In this document: positions 1 to 13,365 of the stretch, one piece after another
Position numbering within the stretch: position 1 is the first letter of the stretch
Layout: each line of letters opens with the position of its first letter
Position numbers and translations under genes: made by a program
DNA from: Octopus bimaculoides
Lineage: Eukaryota
Length of the DNA stretch: 39,731 nucleotides
Direction of reading: 5' to 3'
NCBI RefSeq assembly: GCF_001194135.2
Contig: NC_069000.1
Location: 5,236,470 to 5,276,200 of the forward strand
Notes under the pieces: generated by a model
What the model saw: only the letters and a program-made list of their open reading frames with translations
What the model was told of the DNA's origin: nothing
Database searches by the model: none

Positions 1-117
1 ATATATATACACATATATGTATGTATATACATTCATGCATACGTACATACATATATATCCGTACATACAAATACATGCACATAGCAATGCATGTTACAAT
101 TGCTCATACATAAAAGC

Positions 118-576
118 AGCACACAGCCCTATATATACTGCATAATCTTCCTGAATATAGTTCAATCGAATTAGATTTGTTTCAAATTTAATATTCAATG
201 TAAATAATATATTTTCTCTTTTTATTTTCTNNNNNNNNNNTATATATATATATATATATATATACATGCGTATATATGAATATGGATATATATGTACACC
301 ATGTGAAAACACTCATCTAAATTCTATATTTAGGGATTTACTGTCAAGAATTTGTAACATATCTTAGCAAGTGCATGTGTCCTCTAAACCACATAGCCAT
401 TCAGACACACACGCAAACACATATTATATATATTTGAGATAAATAAACGATTATTAATAAAGAAACGATTATGTGTATTTGAGTACGGATACATGTGATT
501 GTGAGTGCATAGAAATACATAAAGAATATTTATGCGTATGCGTATGTATATACATGCATATTTATGTAATTATATT

Positions 577-671
<95 letters not shown>

Positions 672-1399
672 NNNNNNNNNNNNNNNNNNNNNNNNNNNNN
701 NNNNNNNNNNNNNNNNNNNNNNNNNNNNNNNNNNNNNNNNNNNNNNNNNNNNNNNNNNNNNNNNNNNNNNNNNNNNNNNNNNNNNNNNNNNNNNNNNNNN
801 NNNNNNNNNNNNNNNNNNNNNNNNNNNNNNNNNNNNNNNNNNNNNNNNNNNNNNNNNNNNNNNNNNNNNNNNNNNNNNNNNNNNNNNNNNNNNNNNNNNN
901 NNNNNNNNNNNNNNNNNNNNNNNNNNNNNNNNNNNNNNNNNNNNNNNNNNNNNNNNNNNNNNNNNNNNNNNNNNNNNNNNNNNNNNNNNNNNNNNNNNNN
1001 NNNNNNNNNNNNNNNNNNNNNNNNNNNNNNNNNNNNNNNNNNNNNNNNNNNNNNNNNNNNNNNNNNNNNNNNNNNNNNNNNNNNNNNNNNNNNNNNNNNN
1101 NNNNNNNNNNNNNNNNNNNNNNNNNNNNNNNNNNNNNNNNNNNNNNNNNNNNNNNNNNNNNNNNNNNNNNNNNNNNNNNNNNNNNNNNNNNNNNNNNNNN
1201 NNNNNNNNNNNNNNNNNNNNNNNNNNNNNNNNNNNNNNNNNNNNNNNNNNNNNNNNNNNNNNNNNNNNNNNNNNNNNNNNNNNNNNAGCACACAGCCCTA
1301 TATATACTGCATAATCTTCCTGAATATAGTTCAATCGAATTAGATTTGTTTCAAATTTAATATTCAATGTAAATAATATATTTTCTCTTTTTATTTTCT
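118..1399 (+). repeat. Exact 113-bp direct duplication (118-230 = 1287-1399) next to assembly gaps; probable assembly artefact
   Basis: The two copies are identical. The first ends exactly at a 10-N gap and the second begins exactly after a 615-N gap. Confidence 0.85.
575..671. repeat. (TA)n followed by (TG)n microsatellite
   Basis: Direct reading; runs into a gap. Confidence 0.95.
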
Positions 1400-2739
1400 T
1401 TCATTTTATGCTGATAAGTTGGATCGCTTGAAAGTATATCGGGATTATCCACCAGCTTTATAATTCCACGTGTGTTGAAACGATCTTATTAATAAGCATT
1501 AAACAACAGTACAGGCGTGCACACACATGCATACACAAGTACACTTATACACACACGCGCATAAACACACACAGAGTTGTAATACACAATGACATACAGG
1601 AATATGCATACTTATACAGATCAGATGCATGTCCTGTCTGTGGTTGCCTGACTTAACGTGTATATATCCTTGATAAATAATGCAAACATGTCTCTATGAA
1701 GAAGCAGGAACATTTAATAATTAAATATTAAATCTATAAGACTCCTTTGTGCACGCAAAGTCTCTGTTAACAGTCTTCACCATGGCAAATTTTCAAGATT
1801 GAAGGAAAATGCTCAATAAGAATTTCGAATGCAAGCGTGCAGAAATTTTAATTATTTTCTGGATTTCACAAGCTTATATACCTGATAAACTTTATAAAAT
1901 TTAATGGAGAGGCATTGTGCATGCATGATTTTCAATTCATGCATGAGATACTGAGAGCATTGTTATCTGATGTTTATTGGCATGGGTAAGTGTTGTCCCA
2001 AATTTCCTTATAACAGGTTATATTATCTGGTCTGGATAAATGTTATGCTGAAAATATCATCGTGCTTGAAATTTCAAACAATGTACTGTTGTGTATGTAT
2101 CCTAGGAGAGAATGTTTCCTTCCTCACATTCAATATTCTTACAGTTGAAGATGCTCAGATTATCTGTGACACATAATTTAAATTTACTGTCATGTAATTT
2201 ATATCAAATAGTGTTGGCCGTAATGGTCGAGGATATTTGGGAATTTTCTGTAATTCTATCCGCTTAGTGTTGTAAAAACTCCATGTTCCAGGAGGACTAT
2301 ATGATACGAATGGTTGAGAATGTGAACATAATGGAAAAAAGATATTTAGCCAAATCATTATAAAAATCGCAATTGGTATAAACTTGAAGATGTAAAATTG
2401 CTGAATGTTCAAATGAACCATAGTACGTTGAGTATAAATCCTTCTATAAAGCCTAACGATGAACCATATCTCAGTAAGAGATGTTCTAATCACCCAACAT
2501 GAATAGTTAAACATTAGTGAACAGTTTAAGTATGTCTTTCGAAAATAACCTCTGACAATACAACCTTTACGGAAGCAACTACACCTCATTTATGCAAGTT
2601 TGTCATTATATATCATACAAACAAATCAAAAATGGAAACGTATGACAGTCGTTCCTTAAGCGGAACACCAAAACATTCCATATTGTAATTCCATGAAACA
2701 TCTAGTAGGGTCCAGTAAGCCCAAATAAAGAATATACAT

Positions 2740-2972
2740 ACTAACACACAAACACACACAAACATATGTATGTATGTATGCATATATATATATATATGTG
2801 TGAATGTGTATGTGTGTATACTTACGTGTATATATGTGTGTGCATATATGCTGATACGTGTATGTATATATGAATGTATTTATACACACGTATATACACA
2901 TGTATGTATAGATATGTGTATATACATACATATATACACACACATGCATATATACATGTATATATATATACA

Positions 2973-3023
<51 letters not shown>

Positions 3024-3160
3024 ATACTTGTATTTATATGAATGTATTTCCAAATAAGTATACATATATTCGCATATACATGCGCGTATCCACGCGTGCG
3101 TTTCTGCGTGTATATGGAGAGTGTATATATAGACATATATGTGTATGCGTTTGTATTTAG
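2740..3160. repeat. Degenerate TA/TG/CA dinucleotide field with a pure (TA)n core at ~2975-3020
   Basis: Direct reading. Confidence 0.9.
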
Positions 3161-3399
3161 TTTGTGTGTGATTCTATTCAGCTTCCCTACATTATTTCTA
3201 CATATATCCGCACTTTAATATGTCTCCATACAAATCCATGTGTACATCTGTGGTACATACATGTGAAGTATGACATCGTGAGCTCCTACACATATTAATA
3301 AGTCTACATATAACAGCGATTCATTGCATGCCTCTATAGAAAGAAGTTTGTGATCAGGTGACGGCAAAATAATTAAAGAAAATTCCATTAGCGTTCCTC

Positions 3400-3629
3400 A
3401 GCTCCGAAGTATATCTGTTTAATAATAATAACAACAACAGTAACGGTAGTGTTGATGATGATGGTGATGATCATGAATGTGATGATGATAATGATGAGGA
3501 GGAGGAGAAATGAATATGACGATGCTGATGGCGATGATGATGATTCTAAATATCAACAAACACCACAACTACGACGAAGGCGCGAATAACAGCAACAGTC
3601 ATAAAAACAGTAATAATGAAAACGATGCC

Positions 3630-3676
<47 letters not shown>

Positions 3677-3796
3677 TAAGAAGAAGAATGAGAAGAAGAA
3701 GGAGAATAATAATAATAATAATAATAATGATAATAATAATAATAATAACAATAATGATAGTAATAACAATAATAGTAGTAATAATAATAATAATAA

Positions 3797-3827
<31 letters not shown>

Positions 3828-3959
3828 AAGAAGAAGAAGAAGAAGAAGAAGAAGAAGGAGGAGGAGAAGAAAAAGAAGAAGTAGAAGCAGAAGAAGAAGG
3901 ATAATAATAATAATAATGATAATAATAATAAGAAGAAGAAGAAGAAGGAGAAGAAGAAG

Positions 3960-3993
<34 letters not shown>

Positions 3994-4005
3994 TAAATAA
4001 TAATA

Positions 4006-4081
<76 letters not shown>

Positions 4082-4100
4082 TAATAACAATAACAATAAT
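3400..4100. repeat. Compound trinucleotide microsatellite (GAT/AAC/AAT/AAG/GAG)n
   Basis: Long pure (AAT)n and (AAG)n blocks at 3631-4100. Source of the poly-N/K/I/L/Y pseudo-ORFs. Confidence 0.95.
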
Positions 4101-4219
4101 ATGGCAAAAGAAGCTTTTCAATTACCAGGAAATATTTTGTCGCCTATATTAACTTTTCATTGCTGTATTTTGCATGAATCTCAGATGCTAGTAGACACAC
4201 ACTCACTTACCTCACGCCC

Positions 4220-4267
<48 letters not shown>

Positions 4268-5505
4268 AGCATACGCAGACATACATGCGCAAATACACAA
4301 GTACAGCCACCCGCTACCATAGCAAGAGCGCATACACAACATCCACCCCACATCTCTGTCTCTTTCTGTCTTTCTCTCATTTGTTTTTATTCATCAAAAT
4401 TAGCTTAACTACGCTACACTCTATCATGCTCTATTGCACTGTGCCCTATATACACACACACACACGCACACACACACTCACACACATATATAAATATATA
4501 TACATATATATATATATANNNNNNNNNNNNNNNNNNNNNNNNNNNNNNNNNNNNNNNNNNNNNNNNNNNNNNNNNNNNNNNNNNNNNNNNNNNNNNNNNN
4601 NNNNNNNNNNNNNNNNNNNNNNNNNNNNNNNNNNNNNNNNNNNNNNNNNNNNNNNNNNNNNNNNNNNNNNNNNNNNNNNNNNNNNNNNNNNNNNNNNNNN
4701 NNNNNNNNNNNNNNNNNNNNNNNNNNNNNNNNNNNNNNNNNNNNNNNNNNNNNNNNNNNNNNNNNNNNNNNNNNNNNNNNNNNNNNNNNNNNNNNNNNNN
4801 NNNNNNNNNNNNNNNNNNNNNNNNNNNNNNNNNNNNNNNNNNNNNNNNNNNNNNNNNNNNNNNNNNNNNNNNNNNNNNNNNNNNNNNNNNNNNNNNNNNN
4901 NNNNNNNNNNNNNNNNNNNNNNNNNNNNNNNNNNNNNNNNNNNNNNNNNNNNNNNNNNNNNNNNNNNNNNNNNNNNNNNNNNNNNNNNNNNNNNNNNNNN
5001 NNNNNNNNNNNNNNNNNNNNNNNNNNNNNNNNNNNNNNNNNNNNNNNNNNNNNNNNNNNNNNNNNNNNNNNNNNNNNNNNNNNNNNNNNNNNNNNNNNNN
5101 NNNNNNNNNNNNNNNNNNNNNNNNNNNNNNNNNNNNNNNNNNNNNNNNNNNNNNNNNNNNNNNNNNNNNNNNNNNNNNNNNNNNNNNNNNNNNNNNNNNN
5201 NNNNNNNNNNNNNNNNNNNNNNNNNNNNNNNNNNNNNNNNNNNNNNNNNNNNNNNNNNNNNNNNNNNNNNNNNNNNNNNNNNNNNNNNNNNNNNNNNNNN
5301 NNNNNNNNNNNNNNNNNNNNNNNNNNNNNNNNNNNNNNNNNNNNNNNNNNNNNNNNNNNNNNNNNNNNNNNNNNNNNNNNNNNNNNNNNNNNNNNNNNNN
5401 NNNNNNNNNNNNNNNNNNNNNNNNNNNTATATATACATATATATATATAAACACATTTATGTTTTGTGTCAATATCTCTAAGTACCTAGATATTTGTATA
5501 CGTGT

Positions 5506-5545
<40 letters not shown>

Positions 5546-6104
5546 GTTTATATATATACACAGACTTAGTAACATACTATAAGCTGAAGTTGACTAGGAT
5601 AATACGTAAGAAGCTGTATCTTTTTATTAGAATCCCATTAAAACAGCTTGTTTTGATATAAATTAATTTGATGTTGCGTCTGTTACTGCTAAACATTTAA
5701 TCATATTTATAATTACGAATATCTTCTCTTTGACTTAGACACATTTTCCCACGTACACGCCATTTCTTCACTGCTATCTGAATTTACGACCTAGTTGCTA
5801 TCACGTGAAACCTCACATGCTCACATGAATGACGATGTTAGAATTGCAAAACAGTATTTTGTTTACCTTTTCCGTGACAGATATTTCTGGGAGGTCGACG
5901 CTAACATATTTTATGGAACTGTACATTTATTATGGAACTGTACATTCTTCGTGAGGAGAAAGTAAAATATTGAGTGATCGTTTGTAAATTTTGTGCAAGG
6001 AATTCAATGAAGACGAGCGAGGAATTTCATTGATTGTGAATATGAAGTTTCTTTCTAATTTAGGTACAACATCTGTAAGTTTGGCGGAAGAGACTAGTCA
6101 ATTA

Positions 6105-6225
6105 CATCAACCCCAGTGCACAACTGGTATTCATTTCATTGAACCCGAATTGATGAAAGGCAAAGTTGGGATCAGTGGATATTAAACTCGGAATGTAAAG
6201 TCATAAAATACGCAGCTAATAAATT
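6105..6225 (-). mobile_element. SINE family A, diverged
   Basis: CCCCAGTGCACAACTGGTATTCATTTCATTGAACCCGAATTGATGAAAGGCAAAGTTGG...AAACTCGGAATGTAAAG. Confidence 0.65.
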
Positions 6226-7734
6226 TATGAGATGGGTTAACAGTTCCACCATTTGCCGCAAAACGAAAATAGGACGACAGTAGACAGAGAGAAAGCATTA
6301 TGAAATGATCTTCGGCTAAAGTGTTTAAGTTCCATTCTCCACCTGAACTTCAAAAACAGATATTATGAAAGATTACTTTAATTCATTTTAATATGTATTC
6401 ATTCTTATTTCAGCAGGATGAAATTGTCTTTCAAAAGCGACTGAAACTACTTGTTACATTACCCCCCCCCCAAATAAATCTGATATTCGCTAAATGATCA
6501 AATATATTGACGTCATTGGTAAAGTTGAGTGGTTCTCTGTAAGTAGTGATCAAATATATGGATTTACTCTTTTATTTGGTACGTATATGTATTTTTATGT
6601 GTATCTATTTCACTTCATATTCTTAATGAAGAGATGCATCTATTTTGATGGCATGTTCGGAATGTATCGATCATAATTTAGTGCACTTTGTATTACTTAA
6701 GCTGACTTTTAGGAAGCGATTGCAGAATGTTTTGAGAAATTGTCCTTGCCATAGGTCATAGAGTAAAAGTTAGAAAAATCATGTAATCAAAGCCCCTGTT
6801 GAAAAGATTAGGGGCCGACATAAATATTAAGTTCCTCTCATATATAACCTAATGCCGAATTTTAGAATAACTCTTCGCTGTGATCTAGTGTTTAGCATGT
6901 TGTAGTCAAAACTGCAAGATGATGTCTTCCATTAACGGATCAGCTTATGTGTCGTGCTATTGTGCAAGGGAAGTAATGTACAGCCGAAACATTTGAACTC
7001 TATAAACAAATTATCTGTGTATGTTGTTCAGCAAGCAATCGCAGAAGACTTCACTGTTGTTTACGATAGAAAAGTTCACCTACACCGAAGATATTTTACA
7101 TCTATCAGTTGTTATCTTAAGTATAATTTAAAACGTTTAAATCTATAATAGAGCGAGAAATGTAATCATTTATATGTGATGACTCACAATCGCTTTACAA
7201 AAATAAAAAAACGTAGAATAAATTCTCTTAAAATATTGATAACGAGGCAATTAATTCTATGACATCGTTGCATTACCACTGGTGTTAAATACTGTCTGAC
7301 ACGTCTGCGTCAAAAACATTTCATACCATTTTAATATTTTCTTTATTAATATTTCACTGTAGTCTATTGCATTATTGCTTTCGTTTGAATGAAGTGTAAG
7401 AAAGCGATATGTTTTAAGTTTAAGCCGCCTTTCAGTTGCATAAGAAATGAAATAAGAATTCATTTATGAATGACACGTTAGATGATTAGATAGTAAGACA
7501 ACTTATTTTAAAAGATACATACGATATAGAATCGTACATAATTACCTTCTCTTTCCCATTGAATACTTCAATGATATATAATTCGTGGGTGGCGTTTTCA
7601 GGGAAATTCTTTCATGTATACTAGTAACAATTTCGAGATCAAAATGAAGATTTATTTTCCTTTTTACGGTACAGAATTTTGTCCAGTAATTTAGTGAGCT
7701 TATAGTTCTTAGAGTCCTTTTCAATAAATGTTCC

Positions 7735-7870
7735 AAATTTTGGCAGAAGGCCAGCAGTTGTAGGGAAGGGACAAGCCGATTACATCGACCCTACTATTTA
7801 GATGACACTACAGTTTATCGATCTCCAAAGGATGAAAAGTAAAGTAGGTTTCGGTGGGATATGAACAAAT
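7735..7870 (-). mobile_element. SINE family A, diverged
   Basis: TTTTGGCAGAAGGCCAGCAGTT...GATTACATCGACCC...TTTATCGATCTCCAAAGGATGAAAAGTAAAGTAGGTTTCGGTGGGATATGAAC. Confidence 0.7.
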
Positions 7871-8859
7871 CGTTTTAAATAGAGGTTTTTTCTTTGTATT
7901 CGGACATAGATGCAAACCTGTACACGTATGAGATAAAATTCTATTTGATTATATATATATATATAAACAAAATATCGGAGGCAGCAATACCCAGGACAAA
8001 CTATGGGTTTGCATTGGGTTGCCGGGTTACATTGCTAGTACATATATATGTATATCTGTGCGTGTGTGTGCGTTTGTTTGTGTAACTCTGTGTGTGTGTA
8101 TTTGTGCTTGTGTATACAGGTATTAATGGAAAGAGAGTTAACTGAAGAGGGGGTAGAGAATTAAAGTCGTTAGTGACTGAAGTGTAAAGCTGGAGGGTCT
8201 CTGTCGAAATACAAACAGACGATGTAGAGAATAACCAGTCGAGCGTAAGTGGAGCGAGAACGGAGAGCGCTTTCCGCCTCTGATGTTTAACTTTTTACTA
8301 AGACGATCGATAAGGATTGGGTTTACGCCATTGGCCAAATCGAACGCAGGAAATAGTACTGAAATCTTTTGTCTTTAATGTTAATGTTAGGAAAATATCG
8401 AGATAGATTATGGTAAGGTTTGACTTAAAATGTACAATAATAACATAGCAATCAATTTTAACTATTATGTTATAATAAATATCTACGTGTGAAGACGTTA
8501 ATCACGTACACTTAGTATGAGAGACAAGCAAGCACATATAAGTACCATTTGTGATCATTTGATGTATAATATTAGTTAATTACTTTAATGCGTACGAAAT
8601 ATTATTAATAAATATCCTCCAACTCTGCACAGACACAAATACACGTGTGTGTGTATGTATGCATGTATGCATCATGTATGTTTATATGTATGTCTGTTCG
8701 AATGCATGTATGTATGTATATAAGTAAGAATGTATGTAGGACATATGCATATGTTTATACAGAGATAGATATATTGATGAATATCACATATGATTAAATA
8801 TATATTAAGATATTATATTTATCACTTCGCGGGAAACGTATGTTCGTATATTTCATATC

Positions 8860-8879
8860 TAAGTGTGTCTGTGTATATA

Positions 8880-8919
<40 letters not shown>

Positions 8920-9255
8920 TGTATATATACTAATATACATACTTAGCTGTATTCGCATACGAATATCGATATATATATACACACAAACACACAAACACAC
9001 AAACACACACGCGAATATCACATACACAAAGACACACACAAATTGATTCTGAAATATTACCAAATTTATTAATTAGTGAAGTGTGTAAGAAGATATTATC
9101 TCAATGAAGGGACACGAATGCAATGGTATGGAAATGAAAGACAAACATAATTTTAAAACTTACACATGCATAGATGCATGCATACCTACCTACATACATA
9201 CATGTATGTATTGACACATATATATATATGCATATTTACATATGTATATACATAT

Positions 9256-9347
<92 letters not shown>

Positions 9348-9350
9348 TTG
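8860..9350. repeat. (TA)n / (CA)n / (CATA)n microsatellite cluster
   Basis: Direct reading. Confidence 0.9.
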
Positions 9351-9609
9351 ATGATCGGATATCTTTGATTTATGACACTAGACATATATCTTAATTTAAT
9401 AATAACTTTTCAGAAATATTTAGAAGATAATTTCTATATTATTAATTATTCAAAAATATTTATATAATATATTGTATATTAATGCAACATCGTAAACGTA
9501 ATTTTATCATCTCAGAATATAAGATACATATCCTCAGTGTTTTCTAGTTATCTCTCTAAGTAGGTGACTTCTTAGAGAATGGTGATATTTAGTTGATATC
9601 CCAGTTGTT

Positions 9610-9797
9610 GTAGTCGCTGTTTAGTGATTGGCAGTTGCTGTTTATGTAAGTGGTGAACCTTATGCTGTTGCCTATATATGTAGTGAACATTATGTAAGTG
9701 TTGAAATTCTGTATGCGGTGAGTTTATGCATATAGGGAAATTGTGTATCGCGTGAACTTGTGTATGTGGTGAAGTTAGGTATGTGGTGAAATTTCTT
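9610..9797. repeat. Degenerate 15-18 bp minisatellite with core TATGT(A/G)GTGAA
   Basis: Units include TTATGTAAGTGGTGAAC (9642), TATATGTAGTGAAC, TTATGTAAGTGTTGAAA (9690), TGTATGCGGTGAG, TGTATCGCGTGAAC, TGTATGTGGTGAAG, GTATGTGGTGAAA. Confidence 0.65.
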
Positions 9798-9899
9798 CTC
9801 ATAAAGGACAGATGAGGGTTTTTTTAAATTTCTTGCTAATCAATATGCACCATTGTTTTAATTATACTAATGAACTATTTGTGTCGTAGAATAAATGGA

Positions 9900-10350
9900 C
9901 ATTGCCTGCACACGTACGTCACACACATATGCCGTTTACGTCACATATGAAGGCGATTGCAGAACAAATGGAATTAAATATTTCGTTCAAGACCAATGTG
10001 CGGCTGTTGGAACCACGATCTTGTCACCTTGATAACAGATCGCTAACCGCTAAGCCATTTCTGAAATCTTGTTTGACGCGTTCCGTATTTTCCGGCGTCC
10101 GTACCGTACGTAGAGCCTCCACAAGTCTTCTATTCATTAGTGTACCTCATGTATGAAATGCACTCACCCAACGTAAGATTGTGTTACAGGTGGGAACAGT
10201 TTCATTTCGGTGAATGTTGAAGTACTGCCGAAATTCCCGCTGAACTGCTGTTATAATGGTCAGTTGCAATGCAGATATGAACGTATCTTCTAGATTCTGC
10301 GAAATATGAATATTTATGGACAACTATATTGAATCGTGCCGCTCCTCTAA
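9900..10350 (-). mobile_element. Tc1/mariner-superfamily transposase relic (DUF4817-like HTH), heavily deleted
   Basis: The minus strand reads ITAVQREFRQYFNIHRNETVPTCNTILRWVSAFHT*GTLMNRRLVEALRTVRTPENTERVKQ, the VQRxFR...PxxxTIxRW...G...RTVRTPEN signature. After a deletion comes SWFQQPH, a remnant of WFQQDGAxxH. The ORF track does not call it because of an internal stop. No TIR found. Confidence 0.8.
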
Positions 10351-10746
10351 TTCTAAATACGCATAAGCGATTGTTTACTGATTGACTCGGATAGGTTTCT
10401 AAAAGCATAAATGACGATTTGGAAGTAAAAAAGAACAAAAAAAAAAAGGATTTTTTGCGAGAGAAAAAGATTTGCTAGAAGATAATATACAAGTGGAGAA
10501 TTAGAAATATATTAAAAATTTCCAAATTTTATCGTGCAACGCTTATTGAAATCTAAATTAAACCGATACAGACTTGCGTCTTTGAGAGAGACAACTTCCT
10601 CCCTCATATATATATAAATGTATATATTCTATTAACCTTTATTTTTTATACATACACATCAATGTATACACACATATGTATGTGTATATATATACATATA
10701 TACATACGTAAACACACACACACACATATATATATGTATATAAATA

Positions 10747-10786
<40 letters not shown>

Positions 10787-10796
10787 NNNNNNNNNN

Positions 10797-10837
<41 letters not shown>

Positions 10838-11344
10838 TACACTGTCTCTTAATACAACACTGACTCTTGTTTATTTAAGTTCTGCCGAATCAGACTGCTA
10901 TGAACAAGCGCTACTCCCACAACAAGAACAAGAAAAATATCAACAACAGCACAACAACATCATTATAATTAAAGTTTCAATATATTCTAAGAAACAATGT
11001 AAAGATTTATATCCTAAAAGACAAAGGAAGATTGTGTTTCAATTTTGTGTCGAGTGGAAGAATAGCGATGATCTGACGACAACAATTAGCAGAAGAATTT
11101 CCAAATAACTCCTCGTTTAAGAGCAATAATTATTTCGGTATTACACTCTTGACCGTTAAATTTCCCATGAGAAATCGAGACAACGGCTTCGATGTCTATC
11201 CAATGGAAATTTATCGACTACACTGTCATAAATATAGTTACACATGAAAAAAGATATTTATTAGACATAATATGGTGTCCGTGTGATAGGAAACACTGAT
11301 TCCCAAATGCCACACTTCCGAACATTTCATATATAAATATGAGT

Positions 11345-11345
11345 A

Positions 11346-11402
<57 letters not shown>

Positions 11403-11538
11403 GACTCTATGTCTGTCTGTCTGTCTGTATATCTGGCTGTCTATTTATTGACCTATCTATCCTTCTGTAGAGAGATAGATATAGATTCATCTAGATATGT
11501 ATCCACCTCTACGTATGTGTGTGCATACACACACGCAG

Positions 11539-11598
<60 letters not shown>

Positions 11599-11779
11599 AT
11601 ATATATATATATATATACACCTTACTAACAAGCTGTAGAGACACCACAAAACCGTTACTCAGGGTTTTACTTTCGCGTTCGTCGAAAGTTTTGGTTTCAA
11701 AACTGTCTAAAGAACGGGAAGGTGTAACTCTGAGCAACAGTTTTTGTGATGCCATTGCAGCTTTATTAATAAAGGATAT

Positions 11780-11823
<44 letters not shown>

Positions 11824-11850
11824 NNNNNNNNNNNNNNNNNNNNNNNNNNN

Positions 11851-11888
<38 letters not shown>

Positions 11889-11980
11889 GTATGTATGTAC
11901 ACACCTACACACGCAGACTCGCACGCATGTACACAAACGCACACATGCATACACACGCATACACACACACACACACACGT
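11345..11980. repeat. (ATCT)n, (AC)n, (AT)n and (CT)n microsatellite cluster
   Basis: Direct reading. Confidence 0.92.
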
Positions 11981-12930
11981 CAAATATGTGGTGTTGATTA
12001 TTCTTGATCATTTCAAGGGCGAGTTTTGTCAATAAAAAACACCTGCATTGATTGCATTTCACAATTTTTTTGGCAGTTCTTATTAGTTGAATAATTAACT
12101 AATTAACCAATTAACTGATTGTCTGTTTCACTGATTTCTTTGAGCAAACCATCAATCAATACTTTGGTTTGTCAGAGTCCTTTCGTCGCCATTCCTCTTT
12201 TCATTCTTGGTCTGCTTTTGTAGCCCTAGGTCGGTCATGCTGTGCCAAAATGATTCTGTTGGATTTTGTTAGTGCAATTGTACTTCTCAGGCAGTATGAG
12301 AGTGTCTAGGTACATATGTATGTGTGTGTGTGTGTGGTTTATTCTTATGTGAGTATGTGTGTGTAAGTGTATGTGTGGTCGTATTGTAAGAGAGTGAATC
12401 TAAGTGCATTTCGTTGGGTTTGCATGATTTCTCCTTCCCACGATAACTATAAGTGTAGATTATATCTGCTTTTAAGTGGTGTTCGAGTGCACCTGTGTGT
12501 GTGTGAGTGTTTCTGTATGTGTTTATGCATGGCCTGTGCACACTCATTCACCAACAAAACCCAATCTGTGCATATATCCACAGACACATCACTCGATACA
12601 CACACGATGTGTGTTAGTATTTTTCAATCCTTCTATCATTATCGCCATAGAAAGACAAGATCTCTTCAATTATAATGTATCACAAATCCTAATTCAAATT
12701 CCATTAAATCTCTCTGATGTTTTCAATAAATATTTAAAGCTAATGAATAAATTAAACACTTCCTTCTATTCCTGAAAGGTTTTTCATTGCGATATATATC
12801 AAATGTTTAATAATGCCATCATTGTTTTTTCATGAATCTTTTAGAGATAGTTGGCCCTCATTGCTTTTCTAACTTACATAAATTACTTAAAATTTGATGT
12901 ATATATTATAATATAAATAAAATATCGGCC

Positions 12931-12964
<34 letters not shown>

Positions 12965-13109
12965 ATCGTTTATATTTTTCGTCCTCTAACTTTCCTATCT
13001 ACTTTCGTGTACATCTATACACAGTATACACACACATACATGCACATTTACATATCTGTATTCTCTATGTACGTATGCGTGTATATATATATATGTGTGT
13101 GTGAGAGAG

Positions 13110-13126
13110 AATGAGTGCGTGTGTGA

Positions 13127-13174
<48 letters not shown>

Positions 13175-13365
13175 CTCTGTGTGTATGTTTATGTGTCTTT
13201 GTTTCCCCCTTCCACCATCGCATGACAACCGATGTCGGTCTGTGTTCACATCCCCGTAACATTAGCGGTTCGGCAATAGAGAACCGATACAATAAGTACT
13301 AGAATCGACTAAAGGTGGAGCTCCAGCATGGCCACTGTCAAATGGCTGAAACAAGTAAAAGAATA
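13110..13365 (+). mobile_element. SINE family B, 3' half
   Basis: (TG)n followed by GTTTCCCCCTTCCACCATCGCATGACAACCGATG...TCGACTAAAGGTGGAGCTCCAGCATGGCCACTGTCAAATGGCTGAAACAAGTAAAAGAATA, matching the reverse complement of 26100-26310. Confidence 0.85.

Noticed and set aside
118-1399. 113-bp perfect direct repeat as a possible LTR or TSD-like structure
   Set aside because: Both copies end exactly at gap edges and are 100% identical, the usual signature of unmerged overlapping contigs.
2155-2240. Passing resemblance of the 2155-2589 ORF end to Cys-loop receptor or Gal-3-O-sulfotransferase motifs (RP..V..SQII; ASSTV after the stop)
   Set aside because: The key residues (WxD/PD and the Cys-loop; KTHK) are absent in all frames I translated.
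3510-4121. Poly-N/K, poly-I, poly-Y and poly-L ORFs
   Set aside because: (AAT)n/(AAG)n microsatellite; several overlapping frames are open for the same trivial reason.
473-5511. ORFs of 200-400 aa spanning N runs (also at 13.8-14.5, 24.0-25.2 and 26.2-26.7 kb)
   Set aside because: They are artefacts of translating gaps.
5911-5946. 17-bp near-tandem duplication TTATGGAACTGTACATT; similar 15-bp (17886-17918) and 11-bp (20848-20870) duplications
   Set aside because: Ordinary slippage or end-joining scars; two copies only, so not a CRISPR-like or regulatory array.
11617-11755. Minus-strand ATG in good context, [45 protein letters not shown]
   Set aside because: Only 45 unique codons between microsatellites, a weak donor, and no recognisable family.
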